A stretch of 64,000 nucleotides of DNA, taken from contig NC_043000.1 in the NCBI RefSeq assembly GCF_006345805.1, positions 114,328,001-114,392,000 of the forward strand, read 5' to 3'. Positions within the stretch are counted from its first letter, which is position 1, and each line of letters opens with the position of its first letter. Positions 23,016 to 35,690 of this stretch are shown one piece after another. The notes under the pieces were generated by a model, which was not told the DNA's origin, made no database searches, and was given only the letters and a program-made list of their open reading frames with translations. This DNA comes from Octopus sinensis (lineage: Eukaryota). The translations under genes and the position numbers were made by a program.

Positions 23016-23684
23016 ACTACATGGTTTGCAAATCAAATTTTTTAACCATGTGGCCTAAAAAAAACAAAAAAAAACGCTATTATGATGAATTAATAATAGG
23101 TTTGACATCAATCAGAAGCAGACACTAAAATCTACTTCCTCTAAACACCATAAAAGACCCAACAGCTTCAGTCTTTCTATATATGTGTGTATATGTATTT
23201 ACCTTCCTGTCACACTTAAAGATAAATCACAAAACTTTTACAGATTAAACATGACTCATATCTGCTATTTTCAAGGACCTTCTCAGACAAAGAAGGAAAA
23301 ACTCTAAAGAAATCAATAATTCATACACTCAAAAGTTTCAATATGCTTCCTGACTGTCATTTCAAATCTGGTGCATATGTATAAATAACATGTCTATACA
23401 GCAGTCTGTTTCACACTGCTATACACAAAACAAATATGGCAGAAGCAGAAATGATGGATAGTTTTAACTAATTTAGCACAGTTAGATTGGACAACAATGG
23501 TTTCCTTACAAGTCCCAATGCAAAGTTGATAAACAAAAGCCCTTTAATCCTTTGGAAACCAGCCTGTCTAAATCTGTCTCTGATTCTAAAACACAAAACC
23601 TCTGCTTTTAAAGTGTGTCGTTTAAAGCTATTCACCATACTTTTAAGAGCTTTTGTTGTGATCCAAACACTAGAATTAACAATC

Positions 23685-24043
23685 ATCATCATCGTTTAAC
23701 GTCTGCTTTCCATGCTAGCATGGGTTGGACGAATGACTGAGGGCTGGTGAACCAGATGGCAGCACCAGGCTCCAATCTTGATCTGGTAGAGTTTCTACAG
23801 CTGGATGCCCTTCCTAACGCCAACCACTCCGAGAGTGTAGTGGGTGCTTTTACGTGCCACCAGCACGGGGCCAGTCAGGCGGTACTGGCAACGACCTTGC
23901 TCAAATCTTTTTACACATGCCACCGGCACAGGTGCCAGTAAGGCAATGCTGGTAACGATCACACTTGAACAGTGTCTTTTACGTGCCACCGGCACGGGGG
24001 CCAGATAGCTGCTCTGGCAACGATCACGCTTGGATGGTGCTCT
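23685..24043 (-). mobile_element. (GAT)n-tailed SINE-like family with internal tandem subrepeats
   Basis: Same tail and motif as 10206-10406. The subrepeat TTTTAC(G/A)TGCCACC(A/G)GCAC is reiterated three times. Confidence 0.85.
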
Positions 24044-24547
24044 AAATAATATGGTATGTTATTTTACTAAATCTCCCAAAATTCATGCTTATTTTCAAAA
24101 TTAACTGAAACACATGAACATTGGACATACATTAGAAGCAAATTCATAAATAGGTTGGCAGACAGGGGTAAGCAAACATTGTGTTGCAAGTCTCAGTTCC
24201 TTCTCTCCTGACCCCAAGGCTGTTAGCTCCAAAGAGGAACAGTTACAGGTTGATAGGTCATCAGCCTTGATGGGATTTTAACCACAGAACACGAAGTGAT
24301 GTCACTAAATAACACAAGGCATTATACAAAAATAAAATTTTTCCTTCCAACAGAATGAAGACATGGGAGTTACGACCTGGACTATTCTTGGGGATATCCA
24401 TCAGTCAGGGATGGCCATTTATCTGTTTCTGTATATACAAGCCTAAGCAAGTATTTCTTTTTGTTACTTGCTGTTTTTTTATTGGGGGGAGGAGCACTAT
24501 TTGTCCATATATGCAAGTCTCCTGTCTCCACTAATGTTTGTCTAATA

Positions 24548-24827
24548 CAGTAGTTCTCAACCATTTTTTGCCTCTGGACCCTTTTGAATCCTATTTTACT
24601 CCATTGGACCCTATAACCATTATTTTTTTTTTTTTTAATCTCATATTTTTATAATTAAATGTTATTAGGAATTGCATAAAAGTTAAAATATTTTGTGTAT
24701 AAGTATAGCCAATTTATTGCACATAATTTTTAATAACAAAATCTTATATGGACCCCTAAGGGTCATGTGGATCCCCAAGGGTCGTGTGAATCTCCAAAGG
24801 TCATGCGGACCCCATTGAGAACCACTG
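24548..24827. mobile_element. Charlie/hAT-like MITE
   Basis: TIRs CAGTAGTTCTCAA and TTGAGAACCACTG. Flanks GTCTAATA and ATCTAAGG share TCTAA, consistent with a decayed 8-bp TSD. Confidence 0.8.
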
Positions 24828-25724
24828 ATCTAAGGGAAAGGCTGCCACTATAGAACTGGTATAACTAGGCACCTGTGTCATCACAAGTATTGCTGCCAAA
24901 ACCCAAAGAGTTGGAACAGATTATTGCAAGACAATATGACCAACATTCAAACGGGTCAATGAATCCACTGCCCTACATTTTTGTTGGTACTGAAAGAGTG
25001 AAAACCAAAAATGAAGTCAGTAAGATTTGAACTTGGAACAGAAATCATGTAATTAATACCCTGAGTTGTCTATCCAAAGCTCCAACAACTTATCACCTTT
25101 TGGATTATTATTAGCTGAGATGATGATGATGAACATTACAATTCCAAAACACCTGTTTAGTAAAGCTCAACAAGCAATAACTTATGTTCTTTTATCTCCT
25201 CCCTCCCTTATAAATGACAGCAGAAAGGTCCCACCTACTCTTCCTAACACTATCAGCTTGAAATGTTAACAGGCAAAATTGGTTCTTCAGTGACCTGTTA
25301 TCCAAATTTTAGCTTTGAGCAACTATCATCAAATACTTCGCAACAAAACAGAAACATAAAATTACAAGAACATCAAAGAGTACTTGGGGTTAGAAGAATG
25401 GTGAGATTGAGAGCCAAGTGGAGATAAGGATATTACAGAATTAGCCAAAGTGTCAGAAGATTTGATGAATTATTCCAGGTAAATACAGCTACTCTAGGAG
25501 ATAGTGACAATGATAACAGCAAAAACAATTTTCTGCCTCCAAACAACATATCCAAGGTTGAAATCATCAGAAATATGATGAAACAGAAATAGCAAATAAA
25601 ATATAAAAAATGGAAAATGAAATAAAAAAACTGAAGGTTATGCCAGAAGCTATAAAAGCTGAAAGAAATACAGTTGTGTAGTGTCATCCTTTCTTTAAAC
25701 ACATTTATCATAGCTTGATGAAAT

Positions 25725-25975
25725 AGCTGTGTGTGTGTGTGTATGTGTACATGTGTGTGTATGTGTACATGTGTGTGCATGCATGTGTATGCATATGCAG
25801 CTGTGTACATGCACGTGTATGCACATGTGCATGTCTATGTATGCATGTGAATGCATGCATATGTGTATGTGCACGTGTGCATGCGTGTGTTGCTGGCCTC
25901 GGATTTTAAGTGTGTGGTACACTGTGTGTGTGCACACGTGTGCATGCATGTGTATCGCTAGCCTCATATTTTAAA
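25725..25975. repeat. Degenerate TG/CATG low-complexity repeat
   Basis: TGTGTATGTGTACATGTGTGTGCATG units. Confidence 0.9.
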
Positions 25976-26069
25976 TCCATGGTTCACTGTATGTGTGTGT
26001 GAGTCACTGGCCTCAGTTTTTAAGAGCGTGGTTCACTGAGTCCGGCTCAATCAAGCTTTCAGAACTACT

Positions 26070-26555
26070 CGCACACCAAACAAAATGCTTAGCAACCTTT
26101 CATCTGTCTTTATGCCCTGGGTTCAATTTCCACTGAGGTCAACTTCAATAAAAAAAAAAAAGTACCAGCTGAGTACTGGGGTTGATGTAATCAACTTACC
26201 CACTCTACTGGAACTGCTGGCCTTGTACCAAAATTTGAAGCCAATATTTTACTGATTCTATAATGGTAATTCACTAATTACTGCAAAGCATCTTACTCAA
26301 TGTACTGCCAATTCTATCACCCATCACTTTTAATAATAATAGTTTTTTATTTAGGTACAAATTTAAGAGAAGATGGTTACTCGATACCATCAACCCCTGT
26401 AATTGACTACTACTTTATTTTTTAGTGATCCCTAAAAAATTGAAAAGCAAAGTTGACTTCAGTAGGATTTGAACTCAGAATGTAAAGTGACGAGAAATAG
26501 CTGAAAGCATTTTATTCCAGTACTCTAACAATTCTACAAGCTTATCACCTTTTTG
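26070..26555. mobile_element. Two diverged Meta-domain SINEs in inverted orientation (about 26070-26247 plus; about 26338-26555 minus)
   Basis: GGGTTCAATTTCCACTGAGGTCAACTT...TACTGGGGTTGATG on the plus strand, then AAAGCAAAGTTGACTTCAGTAGGATTTGAACTCAG (minus-strand core). Confidence 0.65.
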
Positions 26556-26655
26556 TTTCTAGTTTAGGCTCAAGGGAAGCACTTTCGAAGGGACACAAAT
26601 GAGTCAATACAATCAACACCAGAATTTAATAACATGACAACTAAATACAGTAACT

Positions 26656-26888
26656 TTATTTACATTATTTACATTTGACAGATATTTGTTCTCATCTTGT
26701 TTGTTGTTAACACAACTCTTCGGCTGATATACACTCCAGCCTTCATCAGGTGCCTTGGGGAAATTTGGAACCTGGGTTCTCAATCCTAAGGTATTTTTTG
26801 ATATTATTATTATTCAGGTCACTGTTTGGAATCGAACTCAGAATCTTGGGGTTAGTAGCCCGCACTCTTAACCACTACGCCATATGCC
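26656..26888 (-). mobile_element. tRNA-headed element with minimal hammerhead motif (copy 2)
   Basis: A-box TGGCGTAGTGG (26882-26872), B-box AGTTCGATTCC (26838-26828), short (TAA)n and hammerhead motif 26709-26754. Collinear with 8458-8741. Confidence 0.8.
26709..26754 (-). ncRNA. Minimal type-I hammerhead ribozyme motif, mutated
   Basis: GGCAC-CUGAUGA-A-GGCUG-GAGUGUAUAU-CAGCC-GAAG-A-G-UU-GUGUU. It keeps G12 and the GUU triplet but has AC changed to GA in GAAAC. Confidence 0.65.
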
Positions 26889-27127
26889 AGTAATCCCTCA
26901 CTATATCGCAGGTCACCTGTCACAGCTTATTATTTAAGCCTATGTCGAATCCTCCACGGTGTTGTTTTGCATTTATAATAAAATAAATATATACAAATTA
27001 TGAAAATGAACACGGATTTTCACCTACTGCAGGGGGTTTCGGAACATAACACCTGCAATAGTCAAGGGGTTAATGTATTGCAATGCATTTTGCCTGACAC
27101 TAAGAACTTACCACCATTACAATAAAA

Positions 27128-27342
27128 ATGGTTTCAAATTTTGGAACAAGGCCAGCGATATCGGAAGAGGGGTGAGTCGATTACATCGATCCCAGTGTTC
27201 AAGTGGTTCTTATTTTATTGACTCCACAACGATGAAAGGCAAAGTCAACCTTGGCAGAATTTGAACTCAGAATGCAGAGACAGACAAAATGTCACTAAGC
27301 ATTTCGCTATGTGTGCTAACAGTTTTACCAGCTCGCCACCTT
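27128..27342 (-). mobile_element. Meta-domain SINE
   Basis: GATGAAAGGCAAAGTCAACCTTGGCAGAATTTGAACTCAG...CCAGCTCGCCACCTT. Confidence 0.8.
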
Positions 27343-27394
27343 CCACCACTACCATAATAATGATATTGATGCAATATCCTGATTCAATACCAGG

Positions 27395-27800
27395 TTGTGG
27401 TTCCCATGGTTTATGATCAAAGCTGATTGGAAGTGTTAACATGTACAGGTTTTGTCTTGATGTAAAAGATGGGTTACAGCAAATTTTCTGCTCAATACAG
27501 ATTTGCATGTATGTTGCTTGACCATAACCTGTTGAGCATGTCCCTTAGTGGCTGACAATATGTGCATCTCTGGCCATGAGCAGTGGAGGAGCATCATAGC
27601 TAAGTGCTGAGGAAGATTCTTTGGCATTTGAATAATTAATTCACCCACTAGAAGCATAAGCGTTTCATTCATCATTCTTAAACAGTCCTTATTCAGGGAC
27701 CTTTAGAGTGAGATGAGCTACTTGATCTGACAAAAATTCTAACCGGGCCCCACCTGTAACGTGATGTGCTGTTTATTTTGATATGCACTCACCATGTTGT
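27395..27800 (-). mobile_element. Unclassified dispersed repeat (longer copy of the 4960-5195 family)
   Basis: Reverse-complement similarity to 4960-5195. Confidence 0.6.
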
Positions 27801-28019
27801 GCACACTTGGTTATGATGCACAAGGACTCAAATTTTAAAAAAAAAGAACAAGACAAATCTCCAGGGAAACTTTATTTTGTGCCACGGAAAGATAAAAGGT
27901 CAAGATGACCTCAGCACAGAAAGTCTAATGTAGGCACAATGTCACATGTATTAAATGACAGTATGACAGGTTATATTAACCCCAGTACATGACTGGTACT
28001 AAAGTTCACATTGACAATA

Positions 28020-28238
28020 GTAATACTGATTTCAAAGGCCAGCAATTTTGAGGGAGGGGGTAAGTCAGTGATATCAACTCCAGTATATGACTGGTACTTA
28101 TTGTATCACCTCCTCCCCCCAAAAGGACGATAGACAAAAGTTTACTCGGCAGAATTTAAACTCAGAATGTAAAGATGGACGAAATGTTGCTAAGCATTTA
28201 GCCTGGCAATGTGAATGATTCTGCCAGCTTGCAGCCCT
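28020..28238 (-). mobile_element. Meta-domain SINE
   Basis: CTCGGCAGAATTTAAACTCAGAATGTAAAGATGGACGAAATG...TCTGCCAGCTTGCAGCC. Confidence 0.75.
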
Positions 28239-29219
28239 CGTTGTTACAGTGGATATTGATATCAAATTCTATCTATGACACAAGGAGAGAACTGTGTTGG
28301 TTTGGATAAAAAGCGAGTTTATTAATCCAAGAAGTATGAAAGTTAAAATTAAAACTGTCCCTGGCAAAACGTGTAGCAATACAGTTATATAGTTTAAAGG
28401 CATCTTATTCAGTTAATTACTGAATCATTGAGTATGAGAAGGGGAGAGGCAGATGTGAAAAAAAAGAGAGAGAGAGAGAGTGATATTACAGTTATACCTT
28501 CCTAACCAATTAAAATCAATATGTAAACACTGTCCTATCTAATTAAAACAGCTGTGACAAAAAAAATAATAATAATTACTCAACCTACATATTAACCTGA
28601 TTTTAATAATAAAACTAGATCAATGGATTGAGTTTAGTATGAGAGAGGAAGAGGGAGAGTCAGAGGAAAAGAGAGAGGGAGAGAATGCATGTTAGAGAGA
28701 CAGAGAGTATGTGGAGAAAGTGGGTATGTGTGTGTGCAAAAGAATACATATGCACAAAAGTGCATGACAGAGTGCTCATGAAGGAGCATGCACAGGAGGG
28801 TGCGCATGTGCGTGTAATAGAATGTGTGCAATCACACAGGTACGTGTGTGTGTGTGTGTGTGAGAAAGAGATGGAGTAAGAGAAATCTTCACCAGCGAAA
28901 CTATTTCATGTTCAATAGAGCAGCAGCTGTACGAAAAATGTTATCGATTTAGTATTGATGAGGTATTGATAAGTAGAGGGAAGGGATGGGGGGAAGAAGC
29001 CTCTTTGTTGTCGTCATTAACAATATTGAGTTTACTGTGTCACAGAAGCTGGTGGCTGGATGGCCATCCAGGCAGAGAGAGTATAGAGTATGGACAGTAT
29101 GGAGAGTAGTGGCACATGTAATGATGGCATGTTCAATTTTACAACACAGCATTAGAAGGAAGTAGATGTACAACCAACAATATGAAACTATGTTACATCT
29201 GTAAAATAACCATGACACA

Positions 29220-29261
<42 letters not shown>

Positions 29262-29436
29262 TGTGTGCATGCGTGCGTGCGTGTAACCTACATAGTATTT
29301 TTATAAACAGGGCTAATTTAGTTGTTTCTCCATAGACTGAAAAAAAAAAATAAACCTCAACTGATTTTCAGATCTTATTGGTTCCTCATCAGAGGTGTCC
29401 ACATCAATTTGACCAATCCCAGAGAAACAAGCACCC

Positions 29437-29645
29437 ATCATCATCATCCAGTGTTTTAAATCCGGATTTTGTCCCCGTTAACAAGGGTGACCAGATCGAC
29501 CTCAATGCCATAGCAACTGGGGTAGGCAGGGTGCAGCCCACTCCAACCTTTGGGCGGGCAGGCTGGCTGGTGTCGATTCTCCTGAGGCTTTTTCGGAGCT
29601 GGATTTTCTACAGGGAGCATGCCCTTGCATACCCCCAATCTCAGT
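29437..29645 (-). mobile_element. Related (GAT)n-tailed repeat, distinct subfamily
   Basis: CATCATCATCATCCAGTG...TTTTCTACAGGGAGCATGCCCTTGC shares the tail type and a variant of the AAGGGCAT..CTGTAGAAA motif. Confidence 0.5.
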
Positions 29646-30004
29646 TTCTAGACATGAGTGTTCCTGAGACCAAGACCGTTACCACAATTTTTAAGAAACG
29701 TGGTGGAAAACTAGCTCAGGAAGGCAGGGACACTACTACCTGAGATCCCTTTCAGAGCCCTCCTATGCGATTGTTAATATACTCAAAAACTACAGAAAAC
29801 TGAAGTTACTACTTGCATACTATAAATGTTAAAACATGTAAATACCAGGAGCCTGTCAACAAGGATCTTGGTCCAAACAGTATCAAGGTAGGGTATAATA
29901 TTTGTAACCTATATGGTATCTTTCTAAACTGGGCTAATTTAACTTTCTCCATAGACAGGAAAAAAATTAACAACCTTAATCAATTTTCGAATCTTACTGG
30001 ATAC

Positions 30005-30400
30005 AGATACAGGAGTGGCTGTGTGGTAAGTAGCTTGCTTACCAACCACATGGTTCAGTGTTCAGTGTCACTGCGTGGCACCTTGGGCAAGTGTCTTCTA
30101 CTATAGCCTCAGGCCAGCCAAAGCCTTGTGAGCAGATTTGGTAGACGGAAACTGAAAGAAGCCCGTCGTATATATGTATACATATGTGTGTGTGTTTGTG
30201 TGTCTGTGTTTGCCCCCCCCCCACATCGCTTGACAACCGAAGCCTGTGTGTTTACTTCTCCGTAACTTAGCAGTTCAGCAAAATAGACCAATACACTAAG
30301 TACTTGGCCTACAAAGAATAAGTCCTGGAGTTGATATCCTTGACTAAAGGCAGTGCTCCAGCATGGCTGCAGTCAAATGACTGAAGCAAGTAAAAGAGAG
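30005..30400 (+). mobile_element. Full-length CORE-SINE
   Basis: GGAGTGGCTGTGTGGTAAG...CACTGCGTGGCACCTTGGGCAAGTGTCTTCTACTATAGCC...GACTGAAGCAAGTAAAAGAG. Confidence 0.9.
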
Positions 30401-30940
30401 TTGTCCACAACAATTTGACCAGTCCTAGAGAAATAAGCAGCCAATCTCTTTATACACTAAACAATTACAGTCGCTGATGGCTGTCTTCGCATGACCAAAG
30501 ACGACCATCACTGACCATTAGGAACACTGTACACTCAGGCAAAATTATACTTTTACATTTGTGGCTCCACTGGTGACTAATGAGCTCAAGTCACCAGATA
30601 TTGCAGACCAGACCGCCCCATTCACTATTCTGGTGATGCATGTTCAAGCAGCTCGCTTAATTTCAGCATGAATAATGCATGTTTCTTCGAAAATACCCAC
30701 TTTTTTTCCTTTAGCTGTCTCCTTTATTGGTGGTAATGACAAGTATTGCTTTCCCTATTGACTTTCTATATCTCACATACCTTCAAGTTATGGGAGGTGT
30801 GTATACATATATATATGTGTGTGTGTGTGTGTGTGTATGTGTGTAAGTTTAGAATAATATTCCCTAATATTATTATCATATATATATACATATACACACA
30901 CACGTGTATGCATATGTATACATGTGTATGTGTGTGTATA

Positions 30941-30974
<34 letters not shown>

Positions 30975-31099
30975 CACACATACATATAGTGAGAATTTAC
31001 AATAATACAAAAAAGACGAAGATGGGTGTGTAAACAACAAACATGTATTAGTTTAACACTTGGGAAGTGCGAAAGTCTTTTATGTTTTGAGCCTACATA

Positions 31100-31133
<34 letters not shown>

Positions 31134-31255
31134 CACACATACATATAGTGAGAATTTACAATAATACAAAAAAGACGAAGATGGGTGTGTAAACAACAAA
31201 CATGTATTAGTTTAACACTTGGGAAGTGCGAAAGTCTTTTATGTTTTGAGCCTAC

Positions 31256-31290
<35 letters not shown>
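30975..31290 (-). repeat. Tandem duplication (period 159 bp) of a microsatellite-bounded fragment of the second hammerhead-bearing family
   Basis: ATAGTGAGAATTTAC...TTTTGAGCCTACATATG starts at 30986 and again at 31145. It is homologous in reverse to 37725-37815. Confidence 0.85.
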
Positions 31291-31326
<36 letters not shown>

Positions 31327-31694
31327 CTAAACTGAAGTAATGCAAAATGATAAGCCTTGCGCAAGGATACTATGTGCAGCTCAGTCTAAGAATTGAAACC
31401 ATGGCCTGATGATCAAGAGTCCAACATCTTACCCACAAGGTTATGCACCTCATCATGTGTAAGTGCGCATGCACACACACACATAGGTTTGCACAAAAAC
31501 CTCAACTCTTGAGTCACTCAGTTGCTTCTGCTAAATACTAAGATATATATATATAAACACATGTATGCATACATGCACATACACATATGTATATAGATAG
31601 TTTTAGCTAGCACTTCATTATTGGTATATATGTCCAATGTGTGAAATTTGGATCCAGTCCATACATTTTCTTTATATTCTATTTATGTGTATAG

Positions 31695-31850
31695 GTACAG
31701 GCATGGCAGTATGATTAAGAAGCGTGTTGCAGCTAACGGGTTTCAAGTTCAAACCCACTGCACAGCACCTTGGGCAAATGTCTCACTTTAGTCAAAGGTT
31801 GACTAAGGTTTTGTGAATGAAATGGAGTTCAAGGAAACTGTGTGGAAGCT
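31695..31850 (+). mobile_element. Diverged CORE-SINE 5' half
   Basis: GGCATGGCAGTATGATTAAG...GTTCAAACCCACTGCACAGCACCTTGGGCAAATG. Confidence 0.65.
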
Positions 31851-32163
31851 CATCAGAGTGACTAAACCCTTCTTTAGGGTAGTAGACTTATCCATTACCT
31901 AGTGCAATGCCACAACATGGCCCATGGATGCTTTTAGTGAAATCCGTTCTGTTACAAATATCTGAAAACATATCTTAATCCAACAATAACCCCTGATCCA
32001 ACAGTAACTGACCCCTCTGTTTAAGAGTATTTAGGACAATATTATCCAAGATGCCCTTTTATTTTTTCTTTTAAGATAGTAATGATTATCTTGGGGTTTG
32101 TCTGCTATTATTGGTATGTCAAGTGACCACAGAGAAGTTCTCTCATTAACAAAACAGACTCAA

Positions 32164-32352
32164 CCATTTAGCATTTAAACTAGTCATACCTTTCCACAAT
32201 ATTCTATATGTTCTATGATCAGACCAGACAGATCCAGCCTCTCATACTTAGCCTACAATGTCATTCTAAAACTGAAGCAAGATAACACATGATAAATTCA
32301 AATCAATTTGAATAAGCATTATATTTGACAGAGTATTCTGAATGCTAAAGGG
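32164..32352. mobile_element. piggyBac-like MITE family 2 (TIR CCCTTTAGCATT)
   Basis: CCATTTAGCATT ... AATGCTAAAGGG|TTAA. A partial tandem copy follows (32357-32530). Other ends occur at about 22335 and 50505-50518. Confidence 0.6.
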
Positions 32353-34612
32353 TTAAACTGGCCACACCCAGCCTCAATATTCTGCCTACTTTATGTTCAA
32401 ACTAGCCATATCTGGCCTCTCACACCAAGCCTACAATGTCATTCTAAAAATGTAACAAGCACATCACTGAAACCTTGAGGTTACAAGATAATGCATGATA
32501 TATTTAAAACGATGGGAATAAATAGGCATCACAAGAGTTAAGTTAGAAAAGGTGAACCAAGCGTACCAAAGCAATTACATCTATTTTGTGCTTCCATACC
32601 ACAACCATCTATTCCATGCTAAGCTCTCCTGTATCCAAGTATGTTTAATTCTACCATAAACTGCCCCAAGGTGAAAAAAAGTGGGGAAATTTTAATGGTT
32701 TGTTTTTTAAGTTTTATTTTTTTTAAAGCTTTTAAATAATGTATTTCTTGTAAAATGATTGAAATTCTTCATGTTGTTGTTGTTGTTGTTAAGCCCCAAG
32801 TCAGCCTTCAAGCATACTTAAGAGTACACTATCCAATGTGTTCATCTTTTTCTTTAAAATACAGAATATGATTTAAGAGAGGTTTGACTGCTGTTTCTAG
32901 CTGGTTCAGAAACCAAGTTTTATTATGAAATTAATAGAATTGTTCGCATGAATAAACAAACCAGCAGTTCTAATCCAATCTGTGATCAAAAACTGATTAA
33001 GCAGAAATAAAGAAAATGAAATACAAAATAGTGAATAGTTGTTGGTTTATAATAGATTTCATGGATGGCGCTTACTATCAACACAATATGTAAATGTGCA
33101 GGAGAGGGAGATGGGGAGATTAGAGGGTGGCGGTAATTTGGGCGAATGAGAAGAGAAAATGAGGTAGATATATAGTGAGAAAGAAAGGAAGGAAAAGAGA
33201 GTGAAAGAAGGAAAATAAGAGGAAGAGATAATAATGAAGAGAGAATGATGAAGATAGGAAAAGAAATGGAAAGAGTGAATGACAAAAGAACAAGACCAGC
33301 AGAAGTGAGTTTAACCCCCAGCCAACCAGCCAACCATCTACCGGCTCCCCACCCCAACAACTCTTATCCCCTATAATTCCCAAGGTGTTGTTACAAGGAG
33401 TAATGGAACCCTAAACAACATTTTCTGCTGAAGGAGATCTTGACAGGGCTGAGAGTGGTCGGGGGCAGGCAGGGTTGGACAGAACGCAGTTATAGAGGTT
33501 AGTGGGAACAGAGCGTAATGGGTTGCAATCACAACAGAAGGTTAATACAGTTCCACGGCACAAGGCAGAAGGTGTTAGCAGTGTGAGATAGGGAGCAGGG
33601 AAGGGAATGAAAATCTGCTTTTGCACATATATACATACATATACATATATATATATATATATGTATATGTATATATATTGATGTGATGCCAAGTAACTGC
33701 CTGAAACAGTCCATTCCAGCAGCCCTTTTTGTCCCCTCCAGTTTTACATCTAAGATGATGAATGAGTCATCGAAGAAACATCTAGTTTCTCAACAGCAGC
33801 AGTTTGTGGTTTGTTGTTGTTGGGTTTTTTTTAACCCAAGAAAGAGATTTTTCCTTAAAGCCCTGCATATTAACAAGATAAATGAAAACCGGGCTAAATA
33901 AAACAAGAAAATGCAAAAATATAAGGAACTGCTAGAAATTTATTAAATGGAGGGTCTCAGGTTATTGAACACCTTCAGTGTTAAAATCAAACAAAACAAC
34001 CTGGCCATTGTACTACATTTAATATGCTGAGTATTCCACAGACATTTGTCTCAATACTGCTGTATAAGACTAGAACCTAGAATCACAGAAACGGTTAATT
34101 TGTCTAATGGCCTGCCAGGCAGTCTCTGTGTCTCACAATATTTGAGTTAATCTACAGATGTTTGTGTGTTAAACACAATGTGACTGTAGTTATTAATGAG
34201 GCTGGCACTCATTTACAGACACAGCCCATCCAGCAGAATAGGGTAACAGGGGCCTGGGGTGAAAAATCTCAAACAAAGGGATATGCTGTGGAATTGAATT
34301 CAGGAACTTGTAATTGTGACACGAGTATTTTTGATCAAGCATTCACCCACATTATGTGTGTAGGTGGGATTACATAAATTGTACTTGTCATACAACTACT
34401 ATTTCTTGGTAAAGAGAACTATATGTGTGTATGTGTGTGTGTGTCAGTGTGTTAATCATAAATGAAGAATCTAATTCATCTGAGATAATTGGATGGTTCA
34501 GTGTCTCACAGTGACTGTAGTTGCATCCCAGTTGGAGAAGAAAGAAAGGAGTGAACAAATAGAGGCAATGCAGAAAAGAGACTCTCTGGTGCCAGTTCGA
34601 CAGTAAAACTTT

Positions 34613-35203
34613 CTAGTGACAGTGCCACAATCTAGTGACAGCGCCACAATCTAGTGATAGTGTCACAATCTAGTGATAGTGTCACAATCTAGTGACAGCA
34701 CCACAATCTAGTGACAGTGCCACAATCTAGTGATAGTGTCACAATCTAGTGACAGTGTCACAATCTAGTGACAGTGTCACAATCTAGTGACAGTGCTACA
34801 ATCTAGTGATAGTGTCACAATCTAGTGACAGTGTCACAATCTAGTGACAGTGTCACAATCTAGTGACAGTGCCACAATCTAGTGATAGTGTCACAATCTA
34901 GTGACAGTGTCACAATCTAGTGACAGTGTCACAATCTAGTGACAGTGTCACAATCTAGTGACAGTGCCACAATCTAGTGACAGCACCACAATCTATGTGA
35001 CAGCGCCGCAATCTAGTGATAGTGCCGCAATCTAGTGACTGTGCCGCAATCTAGTGACAGTGCCACAATCTAGTGACAGCACCACAATCTAGTGACAGCG
35101 CCACAATCTAGTGACAGAGCCACAATCTAGTGTCAGTCCCACAATCTAGTGACAGTACCACAATCTAGTGACAGTACCACAATCTAGTGACAGCGCCACA
35201 CAC
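34613..35203. repeat. 19-bp minisatellite, 31 units, consensus CTAGTGACAGTG(T/C)CACAAT
   Basis: Units were counted directly. There are no spacers, and variant units differ at positions 8, 11-14 and 15. Confidence 0.95.
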
Positions 35204-35374
35204 AATACGAGTGAAGTAGTTGGTAGGTGAAGAGACGCACTACAGAGCAAAGAGGACTTTTAGTGTGGTGATTCTAAAACTTGACAAAAACTAATCCACC
35301 AAAAATATTGGAGGACCAGTTTCCCAGACCTGGAAAAACAGGGGTTGGATAGGTACATGATGCCATAAATATTC

Positions 35375-35407
<33 letters not shown>

Positions 35408-35410
35408 CAT

Positions 35411-35690
35411 GAAGGTGTGTGGCTGAGTGGCTAGGTATTTGGCTTATGATTGTAAGGTCATGGGTTTGATACTCGGTGGCGCCTCGTATTCTTGGGTAAG
35501 ACATTTTATTTCATGTTGCCCCAGTCAGCTCAGCTGGCAAAAGTGAGTAGTACCAGTATTTCAAAGGGCCAATTTGTCACGTTCTGTGTCATACTGAATC
35601 TCCCAGAGAATTACGTTAAAGGTACATATGTCTGTGGAGTGCTCAGTCATCGGATCAACTAGAACCCTCGCCATTGGAGTGAGCGAGTAC
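35411..35690 (+). mobile_element. Second CORE-type tRNA-SINE family
   Basis: GTGTGGCTGAGTGGCTAGG (A-box), GGGTTTGATACTC (B-box), TTCTTGGGTAAGACATTTTATTTCATGTTGC (CORE-like), and a different 3' body. Confidence 0.6.

Noticed and set aside
26890-27074. Possible decayed TTAA-MITE (TAATCCCTCACTAT...ATAGTCAAGGGG|TTAA)
   Set aside because: The left end is too degenerate and there is no second copy in the window.
34613-35203. CRISPR-like array (short, partly palindromic direct repeats)
   Set aside because: Units are contiguous with no unique spacers, there are no cas genes, and the context is eukaryotic.
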